Source: Cyanidioschyzon merolae
Lineage: Eukaryota
Reading direction: 5' to 3' (one strand)
DNA: 64,000 bases
Assembly (NCBI GenBank): GCA_000091205.1
Contig: AP006488.2
Positions within the stretch are counted from its first letter, which is position 1; every line of letters starts with the position of its first letter. The position numbers and the translations under genes were made by a program. The notes beneath the pieces are model-generated. The model was not told the DNA's origin. It saw only the letters and a list, made by a program, of their open reading frames with translations, and made no database searches. Below, one piece after another: positions 10,676-22,674 of the stretch.

Positions 10676-11899
10676 CTACAGCGCCCTGTTTGGCGGGAGG
10701 CGAGTTTCTCTGGACCTCTGCAGTGGAGCGAACCCGCAGGAGCCTTACGGCGTCTGGGGTAGGAAAGCCTTGACCTCGATCGGTGCTGATTGCAGATGCT
10801 GGTCGGAAACAAGCCTGTCCAAATTGAAAAAAGAACAGTGCAGATCGATCGACGGCGTCGAGGCCGACGGTTGTAGGAGAAACGTATCTTGGATCGTTTC
10901 CCAGCCGAATAGCATACAAAAGTGCTCTGTAGTTTTCGGACTTTTGTTACTTTTCCGGAGTTTCATCCAGGCTTGATAATTGAAATGCAGTTTCAAGGGC
11001 TTAAGGGTTCGTAGGTTGCTTTGGGATTCTCGGTCGTCTATTCGGAGTGGCTCGTTCTACACGACGTCGCTGCAACGAGTTCAAAGCAAGAAAGCAAGAT
11101 GATCTCCGACGTTCTGGAACAGGGGTTCGTAAAATAACCGAAATCTCTATACAAATCATATGCAAAAGTTATTCCAAGTTTCCGACTCGCTGTTTCAACG
11201 CAAGTCGTGTGCGCAGGGACACGCTGGCCGCTGAATTGCCGGGCAGAGAATCTCCACGTGGTCCTTTGAAGACTTGTTTTCCAAAACTCCTCCCTATTGT
11301 TCACTGAACTTGTCAAGATAAAAAATCGGTTCGTTTCGAAACACAATTTCTCTACGCCTCTTGGCTATCAGCGAAACGGCTTTCCACAGGCGCATCAAAC
11401 ATGTCGTGGGATATGCTTCCAGAGCCTGTCGTCTATTCTGTGTGCATGGAGAAGCATCTTGGACTCGGTGTTGAGTCATCGCAGTGATCGCTTACAGCAG
11501 AGATTGCGTCACCGCTTCGCATGAAGAAAACGTAGATGGACCGAAAATTCTCGACGTGATCTCTAGCCTGGATTTTCCTTTCGGTACTTGTTTTCTCGCC
11601 AACAACATCGCATCCAACAAAGCCCTGATCAAACGGGAAAACCTGAGCCTGTGCATACAGCGGACAGGCTGATCGCAGAGGAGATCGTCCAGAAGAGGTC
11701 CGTGCGCCAAGGGCACGGCATCGGGCGTGGAAACGCTGGAGGGCATCGAGGACAGCCTTCTCCGTCCGCCAAGCGCATGGACGATGCGATGAAGCAAATG
11801 CTTACGCAACACCGAACGAATACCCGAGGAGGAAGAGAAAATATTGGTATACGTTTGGGAGCACGTGAAGATGGCCAAGTGTGCCCTTTCCAAAGGCAC

Positions 11900-12060
11900 A
11901 CCGAGGCTGTATACAAACGAGATGAAAATCGCCAGCGAGGCGTACATCGCAACTTCCGCTTGTGCTGGGAAGGCGTCGACAACAGTTGGAAGCCGCGAAA
12001 TCGGGACTTGAACGCTACCATAAACACGCTTCGAGTGCTGATCATGGGTCTACGGGGAAC
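11900..12060 (+). other. Relic of a Fanzor/TnpB-like RuvC-III region, copy D. It reads '...NSWKPRNRDLNATINTLRV'.
   Basis: Translation of the + strand gives KPRNRDLNATINTL, about 70% DNA identity over the motif codons to copies at 51.6 kb (NRDFNAAIKN) and 25.9 kb (NRDFNAAINI). The surrounding frame is broken. Confidence 0.3.
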
Positions 12061-13441
12061 GCAGAGACTGGCGCATTGCAGTCGGCTACGAAAGAGAAAG
12101 AGTGGGAAAGCATGCTCAGACAAAATCGCAAAGGCTGGTATCGTCGTTGACATCGGGCGCCGAGCCAAATTCGGGTGCCTATACCCATTTTAGGAAACCT
12201 GTTCCATGTTGTTCTGGAATGAGCATAGGCCTGCGACGGGAGCTATGGCCCTCGAGCTGCTTCGAGAAAATCTACGCACAAGTTGTCGAGTCTCTACCCT
12301 GATCAGTGATGGAATATTCACTTCGGCAGGAGCCTGCCATGGTACCAGCACCCTTTTCGAGACATCAGCGAATCTCCGTTGCCCGAAATATTCGCGAGGG
12401 CATGCCGCATCGGGCTGCCGCACTCCGCCTCGATCATGCCGGTCACTGCGAGAAGCGTTCATATTGGATACCTAGGATACATGCGCCCTGCAATGCGCTT
12501 TGACGATCATCACTGACACCGCATTCACAGAGACTCTATGACACGTTGATCGCAAGCAGCGCGATCATAAAGTGTGTCAGTTTGCCGGTAGCTCGACAGT
12601 CGTGTTCGACAGACGCTGGCGAACGCGCTGTCGCGTGTACCACCAGTTCCACGCTGCCTCAGCGTTGAACAGACCAGGTGTGTCGCAGACATGAACCATT
12701 GTGCTCGCTCAAACAGACCGCAACCTGCTGGGCCGAAATCCAAACAAAGATTCGACCGCGTGAATGATACCGACGTCACAGGATGCATCCGGAAACTGTT
12801 CTGGATACGTGTAGCGTTCCCCGGGCAACGACATTTCAGCAGAATTCGTGACAGTACACGCACGCTCGCTCGCACGCACGCACGCATCGAGCACTACACG
12901 CTTTGAGAAAATCCTGAACATACCTGGATAAACCAGATGCTTTTTGCGACGCCTCCTCCCAGCGCGCAGCGATATCGTGTGCACCCCACAGACACCGCCG
13001 CGTCTCTTCTGGTGACCAGCAATGCTCCCAGCTCCACGGTACCCGAGGTAGATGCGTCCAGCACCGGGTACGACCCGAGCCCAGTACGCTGCTCCAGCGG
13101 AACCAGCGCCTCCGATCACCCACAGCGCTGGTACCGACGCGCTGGATTCGCGGGCACGCGACGCTGCGCACCGAACCGAAATGCCCTACTGCGTACCGCG
13201 CGATGAACGAACGCGAATCTGGGCCCCGCGACACGATTGAATTCGGGATTCCAGCTGGTACTCGCGACGCACCAGGTATGCTAGGAACACTAACGAACGA
13301 AAAGCGAAGCTAGACTTTCGGTTTGCTAACTCGGATTTCTTGTTGATTGAAACGGATTGAAAGCGGCTTTTAGTGTCTTGCTCATCGCGGAACGGGGGTC
13401 ATCTCGAACGAGCGTGGTAGGGTTCGTGTCTCTCCCCTGTT

Positions 13442-16400
13442 TTGCCGCGAATGCGCGTCTCTCGCGGCCCAGCCGCCTACCACAGTCCGGCGAGCACGAA
13501 CGCTTCACCACTTCGTTATGGGTCGGTTCAGGGGAGTTTGGGGCACCAGGGTTCACTGTTTATGGAGCGTTCGCGGTCCGCTGCGGTGGTGGTGGCACCA
13601 ACCGGCATGGTATACTGTCCGCGTGCGCCACGCTGGATCATGAAGGCGGTGCGCGCTATCGGTGTTGCGGGCTGGGGCGGCAGCGGCGGCGGTCGCTCCT
13701 GGACGCTGAGTGGGGCGCGGGGTCCCCTCGAGACTGCGCAAGAGTCTGGTGAGGAGCAGTTGAGCGAAGAGAACCCAGAGGGCTCTGAGCGACCAGCCGA
13801 GAGAGACAACGGCGCTGGCAGCGCTGGTAGCCTCACAGCACACGACGTTGTGGTCAGTATGGGCGGCGGGAGTCTCGGCGCGACCGTTTTGGGTAATGAG
13901 TCTTTCATCTGGACCCTGAGCGGATGGAGACAGTCGGTACGAGAGGCTCAGGAGCGAGAGGATGCGAGGCAACTACGTTCCGCTTTCGACCGAGAGGAAA
14001 TGGTCAGTGGTTACGAAACTCCGGCTACTGGCACGTCGTTGCTGTCGACTTCCATCGAGCGGCGCGGGGGTGCTGCGCTCGGCTCGGCGTTGAGCTTGAC
14101 GACTCGCTCACCGTGGGCGATCATTGGCGCGCTAGCGTCCTGGCTTGAGGATCGCTTCTTTCCTCTGTTTGGAGCCGAGGAAGCAGAGAATATCATGGCT
14201 GCCGCAGAAGGCGAAATGCCACGCGCGGCCCGCACTGTCGCCAGCTCGGCAAGCAGTATCACAGGTAGCATGATCGACGAGGAAACCGCCGCTAACCGAC
14301 GCCTCCAAGCCGCACTGCTTCGTCAGAGCGGGTCTACCAGAGACAGACGGGTCGATGCCTTGCAGTACGTTCTAGATCAAATGATTGACCCGTTTTGCCG
14401 CGCTGTACTGGCGAGCTTCGCCGCCGCAGCGACAGATTCAGCTGCGTCAATTCTGGGACCGCTTCTGTTCCTCTACGGGCACGCCTACCATATGCAACGA
14501 GGGGAGATGCAACTAGGGAGCGAAGGAGATCAGGTTTTAATGGAGGAGGACTTGGCAAACATGCCGCGGGCAATCATGGCGCTACGAACGCTAACTGAAT
14601 TGTACAGTGAACTGTTCTCTACGTCAAATGCGGGTTTCGGTAGATCAAGGGGCAACAGCTCAAGTACGCTGAATCAAGCAGGGACACCACAGCATGCTGC
14701 CTTGATCAGCACCAATGCGTCGTCGGCGAATATTGCCGTTGTGCCGTCAAGCAGAAGCAGATTGGGACGAACGTTATCAACGCAATCGGGGAACAAGGCG
14801 TCAGCCCAAGGATCGCTCTCCGATGCTGGGGAGGTTTTGGATGCATTTGCCACGCGGGCGGAACTGCTGGCTGGGACCACAGAAGCCATGGATCCACCGC
14901 TGGCGTCGTCCTTGACAACGGAACCAGCGGTTGGGAGGGCGAGATCGCCAGCGGACGCTGCGGCTGCGATTGCGTCCAGCAGCGCAACCCTACCGCTGAC
15001 GGGCGCATACGGTCGGGAAAGTGAGCCGGCTGATTCTGCTGCAACGTCGAGTGACACCGATGCGGCACTGTCGGAAGCGGTCAAGTCGCTGCGCCATGCG
15101 CCCGCCACGGAGACGGAACGCCCGGAGCTCCGTGCAGCCGCTGGCGCTAGTGCTGCTGCTGCTGCTGTCGGTGCTCCAGACGTTGCTACGATGCCGCAGG
15201 CGGCGGCGGCGGCTGCGGCGGCGGTGTCTCAATGCGCTTTTTCGGAGAACGATCGAACAGCGCTGCTCGAGGCGGCACTGGCCCGCATTGAAGCGCTGGA
15301 GCGAGAGGTGGACTTTTTGAACCGCGAGCTTGCAGCATTCCGTGATGACTGCGTATCGAGCAATCGCGACCTGCACAATTGCGTCGACGCTTGGACGGCA
15401 ATCGTGCTCTCAGAGACGCGCAGTGTTGCGGCAACAGAGCGTGCAACCATTCGAGCACTCGCACGACGACTGCGTAAGCTAGAGCGCCAAATTTTCTCGG
15501 AGAACGTTGCAGCAACTGCTGCTACATCGCCGGAACACTCGAATCGAGGTGAATCTAGAAGGGCAACCCGAGCTAGCAGTGAGCGAGCAGAGGTGCAGGC
15601 GGAAGGCTACGGGACAGCCTCACGGTCAGCGGCGCAGCCGTGGCCAGCAACCGCGACAGCCACGGAGGCTACAGAGACATTAGAATTCGTGGCGGGAAAG
15701 CAGGGGCCGCCCACAGCGTCGCCTTCAGCTCAGGATTCGCGGCTCTTGTACAGTGAGATCTCCAGCGATGACCCTACGGAAGCGCCAAGTCGAGCGATGC
15801 AACCGGGTAGTGGCGCGGCGCGTGGCGCACCGACTGTTACGGTCCGCTCTCCGTCGGCGGGGCCCGTAGCCGCTTTGTCATATCTCCTCAGTGAACACGG
15901 GAGTTTCGGCAGCGACGAAGACCCTCTTCTTACGGCTTTCCAGCGCGCAGTCGGTCTCGGTAACGCCTTGGGCAGCGGCGATGACACCGGTGAGTCCGCC
16001 TCGTCGACACCACGGGGCGGCACACCGCGATCCGGCGGCCTGCATGGCCCTGGTGCCGGCTCACTGCAAGCACCTGCGCAACAAAGCACATATCCAAGCG
16101 TACGCGGTGCCCAGAGAGCAATCATCGGCAGCCTGCCCCGCTCGACGAGTGGCTCGAATATGGTCCGTATTTCATCGCCGATGCTTTCGGATCCCATGTC
16201 CGGCTCCGGTGCGCTATCGAGCTCGCTACCAGTGACGAGTTCACTGCGAACCCGGGTGGCACCTACGGTGAGCATTGCGACCGGCGGGCTGCCCGAAAAC
16301 CCGCACACTTCGCGTCGCATCCTCCGTGACGGTAAATGGGTCCACGAGGAGGCAGCGTCTAGTCCGGGCGCTGCCTGGGGTAGGGCATCGGCTTCGCGAG

Positions 16401-16516
16401 CAAGTCGCCGAGAACGAGAGGCCGTCCTTCGACGCCAGATAGAGAGTATGCAAGTGGCACTGGAAGAAGAGCGGCAACGAAGGCAGATCCTCGAAGAGCG
16501 GCTCCTCCGTCAGTAG
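13442..16516 (+). CDS. Hypothetical 1,020-aa low-complexity (Ala/Ser/Gly-rich) protein with a C-terminal coiled coil. The ORF opens at TTG; the first ATG is 13451.
   Basis: A 3.1-kb uninterrupted ORF. Long poly-Ala/Ser tracts from GCN/CAG repeats. The C-terminal ~60 aa are heptad-like and charged (REREAVLRRQIESMQVALEEERQRRQILEERLLRQ). Confidence 0.45.
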   Translation: MPRMRVSRGPAAYHSPASTNASPLRYGSVQGSLGHQGSLFMERSRSAAVVVAPTGMVYCPRAPRWIMKAVRAIGVAGWGGSGGGRSWTLSGARGPLETAQESGEEQLSEENPEGSERPAERDNGAGSAGSLTAHDVVVSMGGGSLGATVLGNESFIWTLSGWRQSVREAQEREDARQLRSAFDREEMVSGYETPATGTSLLSTSIERRGGAALGSALSLTTRSPWAIIGALASWLEDRFFPLFGAEEAENIMAAAEGEMPRAARTVASSASSITGSMIDEETAANRRLQAALLRQSGSTRDRRVDALQYVLDQMIDPFCRAVLASFAAAATDSAASILGPLLFLYGHAYHMQRGEMQLGSEGDQVLMEEDLANMPRAIMALRTLTELYSELFSTSNAGFGRSRGNSSSTLNQAGTPQHAALISTNASSANIAVVPSSRSRLGRTLSTQSGNKASAQGSLSDAGEVLDAFATRAELLAGTTEAMDPPLASSLTTEPAVGRARSPADAAAAIASSSATLPLTGAYGRESEPADSAATSSDTDAALSEAVKSLRHAPATETERPELRAAAGASAAAAAVGAPDVATMPQAAAAAAAAVSQCAFSENDRTALLEAALARIEALEREVDFLNRELAAFRDDCVSSNRDLHNCVDAWTAIVLSETRSVAATERATIRALARRLRKLERQIFSENVAATAATSPEHSNRGESRRATRASSERAEVQAEGYGTASRSAAQPWPATATATEATETLEFVAGKQGPPTASPSAQDSRLLYSEISSDDPTEAPSRAMQPGSGAARGAPTVTVRSPSAGPVAALSYLLSEHGSFGSDEDPLLTAFQRAVGLGNALGSGDDTGESASSTPRGGTPRSGGLHGPGAGSLQAPAQQSTYPSVRGAQRAIIGSLPRSTSGSNMVRISSPMLSDPMSGSGALSSSLPVTSSLRTRVAPTVSIATGGLPENPHTSRRILRDGKWVHEEAASSPGAAWGRASASRASRREREAVLRRQIESMQVALEEERQRRQILEERLLRQ

Positions 16517-17065
16517 CATGCGGTACGGTGATCATGCGTGCATACGAATATCCTAGTTCAATTTTGTCTGCATTTATGTAGCCTTGCACCAATGCCCCGA
16601 ATACGTAGCATGCGGTACGGTGATCATGCGTGCATACGAATATCCTAGTTCAAGTTCGTCTGCATTTATGTAGCCTTGCACCAATGCCCCGAATACACAG
16701 CATGCGGTACGGTGATCATGCGTGCATACGAATATCCTAGTTCAATTTTGTCTGCATTTATGTAGCCTTGCACCAATGCCCCGAATACACAGCATGCGGT
16801 ACGGTGATCATGCGTGCATACGAATATCCTAGTTCAATTTTGTCTGCATTTCTAAAGCCTTGCACCAATGCCCCGAATACGTAGCATGCGGTACGGTGAT
16901 CATGCGTGCATACAAATATCCTAGTTCAATTTTGTCTGCATTTATGTAGCCTTGCACCAATGCCCCAAATACACAGCATGCGGTACGGTGATCATGCGTG
17001 CATACGAATATCCTAGTTCAATTTTGTCTGCATTTATGTAGCCTTGCACCAATGCCCCGAGGGCA
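16517..17065. repeat. Minisatellite of ~6 tandem copies of a 90-bp unit, starting at the stop codon of the 13442-16516 gene.
   Basis: The unit 'gcatgcggtacggtgatcatgcgtgcatacgaatatcctagttcaattttgtctgcatttatgtagccttgcaccaatgccccgaatac(g/a)(t/c)a' repeats with period 90 at 16515, 16605, 16695, 16785, 16875, 16965 with few substitutions. Confidence 0.9.
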
Positions 17066-17861
17066 TGCGAACGTTCATATTGTGATGGTTTGCGCGCTCT
17101 CTCTACCCGAACGAGAACATCGCGAGCACATCACGACACGATCATAGAATCGTGGCACCTGTGCCCTAGTCGTCATGGAGCGGCATCGTTGCGGGTATTC
17201 ATCGGGAGAACGCGCCAGTGTTCCGCTACATGGAGTTGCTCGTGCCAGCATCACGCGTCGCACTGTGGATTCAGTGTGTTCATCGGCGTGTCGCAAGCGA
17301 AGACTAGAGCGCAGGCTCAGACCTAAAGCCGGCGATTGTGCCCATGCGCGCCTCGTTGGTACCGTGTGCGCGTGCCATGCGCTCGCTCACTGTGCACCGC
17401 GAGCCTGCAACAGGCTCGGCATTTCACAACGTTCCTCGTCAGAGTCGCGCGGTCGTGTCCAGCGCTTCGGCCCCGCGGGGAAATCCTCGACGAGGCCGCG
17501 AACATGTGCTTTCCCGGATCATGCGCAACGGATCAATGCACAGGTTTCCCAGCGAAAGTGTCGCGTGCTCTGATGGAGCGTTGGTCGGTGTGTATGCGTA
17601 CGCGTATGCACACGTATGTGTGTGCGTATGTGGACACGGGTGACGCCGTTGAACAAGAGCCACAAGGATGCAGCGTCGCCCAGCGTGCACGTTTAGGCAT
17701 GCTGAGGCGAACAGGTACTGTATGCATGTCCCGCGAACAGAGCGAGAACGAAACACCCTGCACCTTATGCGCCCTCTCACCCAAAACATTTACAATCACC
17801 CAACACTACCAGTTTAACTTGGATAAAGGGATCGAGTATTGAACGTGCTGCTGGTCCTCGT

Positions 17862-20108
17862 CTACTGCACGTCACGGGTGTAGGAGATGGAGCGTCGCCG
17901 CTGCGGTCGACCGCCTCGCACTCGTGACGAGCGCTCGCGCCGCCCGGTACGACCACCGGGCCCATCACGCGTGCGTCCGTTCAGAGACTGACGATCAGAG
18001 TCGTCGTCAAGCGAGCGGCCGCGTCTACGCTCCAAGTGCCCGGAGCTGAAGCGATAATCATCAACACGCAGTTCTGGAAGCGCGGCACACACCTCAATGG
18101 TAAAGTCTGGGTAGCGGGTGCGTCGATCACCAGTACCTCCACCGGCAGCAGCGCCTGTTGACGCATGTGATGCCGTTGTTCCGTTCTCTGCGTCCGACGA
18201 GGTGGCGTCTGTGGTTGATTGCGGTTCCATGCACCGCAGAATCTCATCGGCAGCCTCGACGGAGACATCGAAAACTGCCTGACGAGGGTCGCGACACAGG
18301 CGCACTTTGCCAATATCATCGGTGAAGAGTTTTCCGGACTGGCTCAGACGCCGAACGATGCCGAGCACATCACGAGGCGTTACTCCCGCCCGGTTCATTG
18401 TCAGGAGCAGGGTACGCAGGCCAGCCTCACCTGTCAACAGGGAGCGGTGCTCGATATGCGTCCGTCCAGAAATGACGGCTAGTGCTGCAGCCAAAGCTCG
18501 ACGCGCATCGCCCTCGAACTGGGCTGCAGCGAGCTCATCGGCGGCCCGTTGGAAATAGGGCACAACGCGATTGGTGCTGGCTTCACCGACTGCACGAGCG
18601 GCATTCTGTGCAGCGACATCCAGCACCCGTTCCAGCGTTGGTGGCCCCGCTTGCTCGAATCGAATCGAAGCACCTCGTTCAAGGGCACGCAAAAGGCCGC
18701 GCTCAGAGTCACTGTACATGATCACTGCTGTGCCACTGCGTCCCGCCCGGCCAGTGCGACCCGCACGATGAATGTAGGTGTCGACGTCGCGCGGCGGGCG
18801 CATCTGCACAATTACGTCTACTTCATGGATATCTAATCCGCGGGCGGCAACATCCGTGGCCACCAGGATAGAGAAACGACCGTCACGAAACTGTTGCAAT
18901 GTGAGCTCGCGTTGCCGTTGACTCACATCGCCATGTAAGACCTGTGCTACACTGCTACGAAAGATGGACGCGGTCATGGCAATCTCGTCGGCTTCACGCT
19001 TTGTATCCGTAAACACGATGCACCGCTGATTTCCCGTCTCTGCGTGGGCAAACACGATATCCTCCAGCATTGCGAATCGGGCAAAATCCGCATCCGGTAC
19101 GCGAACTGCCACATGGCGAACATTCTTTGCGGCCCTGGTCTCTGTTCTGCCGACAACGTCGTGAACCACCGGCGCTCGTTGATGCTGCGCGGCAATCTTC
19201 TGCACCCATGGTGGAATCGTCGCGGAGAAAAGCACCGTTTGCCGCTCCTCCTTCGGCGGCATCTTTTGAAAGATGCGCTCCACGTCCTCAGCGAAACCGA
19301 GCGACAGCATTTCATCCGCTTCGTCGAGGACAGCGATCCGTATATTACTCAGGTTCAATGTTCCCCGATCCAAATGATCGAGAATGCGACCAGGTGTGCC
19401 AACCAGAACGTCAAAGCCGCGACGCAGCGCTTCCTCCTGTTGTGTGTACGATGCGCCGCCATAGAAACAGTCCACCGCTAAGCCGTGCGGTTGCCCAATC
19501 AAACGCAACTGCTCTGTTACCTGTTTTGCCAACTCACGAGTGGGTGTCAAGACCAGTGCACAAGGCGAGCGACCCGGAGCACCGCGTCGGCTACCGTTCG
19601 AAACCCGCGCCTCCACCATACGCTCAACAAGCGGCACGCCAAACGCAAACGTCTTTCCCGTGCCCGTATGCGAACGACCTATGACGTCACGACCGCTGCG
19701 CATGTCGTTGAATGTTATCGCCTGAATCTCCGTCAGTTCCGTGATTCCTTTCTTACGCAACGCTGCTGCAGTGGCCTCGGATAGCGGGAAGCGCTCAAGG
19801 CTCCAGTCCCGGTGCTTGCTCTCGGAGGTGGCGTTCTCCGCTTCGATGACGACGCCGTCCTGTTTGGTCGACTCTAACTCTTCCGATGGCAGGGATAATT
19901 GCATTTTTAGAGAGCACTGGTGCCGACGGGAGGCGCCCCCGAACCGGCACGCAACCGGAGTGAGTTTGCCGCGCGGTACGAAACCGCTAGTGGTGCTGAA
20001 CCAGGACGGCCGGCCGCAAAGGCGGGTCACCGGATCGCCCCAGCAGCTCGCCCGAGAAAACAGACACGTGGACTGTATTCCCGAAATGACATTGGATATA
20101 AAGGTCAT
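17862..20108 (-). CDS. DEAD-box ATP-dependent RNA helicase, with an N-terminal extension and a C-terminal RG-rich tail.
   Basis: Q-motif (FPLSEATAAALRKKGITELTEIQ). Motif I HTGTGKTFAF. Ia PTRELA. II VLDEADEML. III SAT. V ARGLDI. VI HRAGRTGRAG. C-terminal RGG/RRR-rich tail. ATG start at 20108. Confidence 0.9.
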   Translation of the reverse strand: MTFISNVISGIQSTCLFSRASCWGDPVTRLCGRPSWFSTTSGFVPRGKLTPVACRFGGASRRHQCSLKMQLSLPSEELESTKQDGVVIEAENATSESKHRDWSLERFPLSEATAAALRKKGITELTEIQAITFNDMRSGRDVIGRSHTGTGKTFAFGVPLVERMVEARVSNGSRRGAPGRSPCALVLTPTRELAKQVTEQLRLIGQPHGLAVDCFYGGASYTQQEEALRRGFDVLVGTPGRILDHLDRGTLNLSNIRIAVLDEADEMLSLGFAEDVERIFQKMPPKEERQTVLFSATIPPWVQKIAAQHQRAPVVHDVVGRTETRAAKNVRHVAVRVPDADFARFAMLEDIVFAHAETGNQRCIVFTDTKREADEIAMTASIFRSSVAQVLHGDVSQRQRELTLQQFRDGRFSILVATDVAARGLDIHEVDVIVQMRPPRDVDTYIHRAGRTGRAGRSGTAVIMYSDSERGLLRALERGASIRFEQAGPPTLERVLDVAAQNAARAVGEASTNRVVPYFQRAADELAAAQFEGDARRALAAALAVISGRTHIEHRSLLTGEAGLRTLLLTMNRAGVTPRDVLGIVRRLSQSGKLFTDDIGKVRLCRDPRQAVFDVSVEAADEILRCMEPQSTTDATSSDAENGTTASHASTGAAAGGGTGDRRTRYPDFTIEVCAALPELRVDDYRFSSGHLERRRGRSLDDDSDRQSLNGRTRDGPGGRTGRRERSSRVRGGRPQRRRSISYTRDVQ

Positions 20109-22674
20109 ACTTGATTTTTCAACCGCTCTTACGGAGCGTACGATACGAAGTGACGGTGCTCGATAGCCTGCAGCACACGAGCGACGTTAACGTTCGAGAG
20201 CGCAGCGGCTTCATCGCCGCCGTCGTCGACGCCGTCGTCAACGTCGTCGCCAGTTTGCGCTGCTGCATCCGGCGTGTTCGCTCCATAAGATTATCGTCCA
20301 GCGCCCGTGTCATTCGACGGTGGAGCGCTCGGGGCGGGCTGGTGGCGGCTCGCCCTTGAGCAGGTACAGAAATGGGTAAAAAGTTATCTGCTTGTCCCTG
20401 GCGATCTCCTTGCAGGAATCTCTTTTGTACTACCATGTACGTAAATATACAGTTTAGTTCAGTGCCGGTCCGTGGCGACGCGCATGCAGCGCCTGGGGCG
20501 GCACCCGCGCGCGCCTATCGAAGCGCGGGGCACCATTGATTGTTCAGCAGGTGCCCGACTCAAGTCCTTCCTGCTATCTTCATGCGGAGCTAGTGCATTT
20601 CTAGTTCGCTGTAACGCAGCGTATTCGTGCGTGGATTCGGGCGAGAATTTGAATAACGCTCTCCTGGCCACTTATTTTTTATTCGATACCTGGAGCGTTT
20701 CAGCAGAGTGCCCACACTGCATGCGGTGCAGTACCCTCGAAGGTTCGCTCGATACGAAGCCGCTGGATGCTCCAGAAACACAACACTTTTTCCGGATGCT
20801 GGGCGAGACCTTCAATTCTTGGTGCGCAAAGTGCTTGCGCGATTATGGCTCGTAGACTCATGCCATGGTAAGTCGCTTACTGTTCAATGCCTTGCCATCT
20901 GAGGTCCGGTCAGCTTCGCGTGAGGAATCTTTTGCATGCGGCGCTGTTTGGCGGTCTTCTTCTTTACCATTTTGAATCGTGGGACTGTGCTCGTGATTCG
21001 TATATGTCGTCCTGAACGCGTCAATGAGCATCGTACAGAATCAAGTCCTGCACTTGTTGTACGCTTTCGTCGAAGGACCAGGAGCGCAGGGGCCTTTGCT
21101 TGCTCGTCACCGCATCCATCGCGAGCACGCCTACGGGCCGATGCGCGTCTTCCCGTTTCGTCCTGTGCACGATCATAGAAGCAGCGCGGGCGTCCAAGGT
21201 CGGTGAAGGTAGAGAGCGACCTGTCCGAGTATGGTATCAAGAGGCGGACGAATCATCTATAGATCGATGAATGTGAAAATGGCGTTTCGTGTCCATAAAG
21301 ATTTATAGGACTGTGTTGAACAAGCGCTAATAGGCTGGCATGAAGAGCAGCTGAACGCCAATCTAAGCTGCATACTCCTCGACCGATTGGAGTGATGGAA
21401 ACCGACATTGCCCGAGACCCGGACAGGAGAATGTTCGCAAGATAAACATGAAACGCTCTTCGACGAAGGATGACGTGTTCGTCGATGTCATCCGTATGAT
21501 GATTTGGAGGCGAACAGACGATTGCATCGAGGCTAGGGTTCATGTTGTCGTCATGGGAGCATGACCCTTCTTTACGAACAGCGGTTTGAACCCCCATCCC
21601 TGCTTACCCATATACTGGTCTAAAGATTCTCCCTAATAACGTCTCATCGAATGGATCAAACACCCTTCGCTTCTGTAAAAAGCGTTCGCGTTTCGGTACC
21701 TACTCGATCATGTCTACTCCAACGCGCGCAAGCGTCCCAATGAAGCGTACGTTTCCCCTTGTCTGTGCGGGTCCGTCCGTGCCCGTTCGTATCCAAGGCA
21801 CGGAAACTTGACATCCTCTGGCTTTTTTGGTGATATTTTTTGCAGAACGTTTGGAGTGGAATGTATTGACAAGGAGACGATCGTGTTGGTATGGCAGAAT
21901 ATGTTCTGTTTTGAGTACACGACGTTCAGAATGAGAACGATGAGAAGGGTGCTTTATCAAACCCGCTAACCGAAGAATGGCGAACGTCTACAATAATGGC
22001 CGTCTTCCGCAGGCAACGAGTGACACGACCAAGTCTCTTCGCGACGTTTCTCCGATCTTCTGGAACCATTCATATAGTTGAATACTCCCAGAAACACGAA
22101 TGAACATGGGAAGTGGCGTGCCGGTACAGGTGTACCAACATGCACTGTTCTGAATGTCAAGCTTCTCGACCACTGACACCTCCGATGCATACGTTCTGAT
22201 AGGGCATCGGTGGCCGTCAGTGTTCGTCGCCCATATTCTCGAAATCCACTGCCAAGCACCAGAACAACAACATCGCCAACAGGACGTTTCTCGATACCAA
22301 GTATTGTCAAGCGTGCATCCATGGACCGCGTAACGCGTGCAGGCCGCTCCTGAGACGACTCACAGTTCGTACAAGCGCACTCCTGACGCCATCGGAGGTA
22401 CTCAAGGAGACGACCTCGTCACAAGTTAAACTTATAGGACCCGAAAATCTGCGTCAGGGTGTATGACGCTCCGCTGGAACCCGAAGAAGCGTTCTTAAGG
22501 AACGCGCAACGCAAGCCACTCCCGGAAGTCATGCGAGCACTTGACAGACCCAGACTAGGCGGCACGTCGCGCCACCAGCGGTATCGCAACATGAATGCCC
22601 AAGCAGCGTGCGTCAACTTATCCCTGAACAACCAGCCAAAAACGACATTCGGTTGCCTCGGCTTGCAAACATCT

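Noticed and set aside
16517-17065. Regular 90-bp tandem array that could be mistaken for a CRISPR array.
   Set aside because: The units are contiguous with no unique spacers. The 90-bp period is too long for CRISPR repeats. The context is eukaryotic (a LINE, spliceosomal donor, eukaryote-specific genes). It is a minisatellite.
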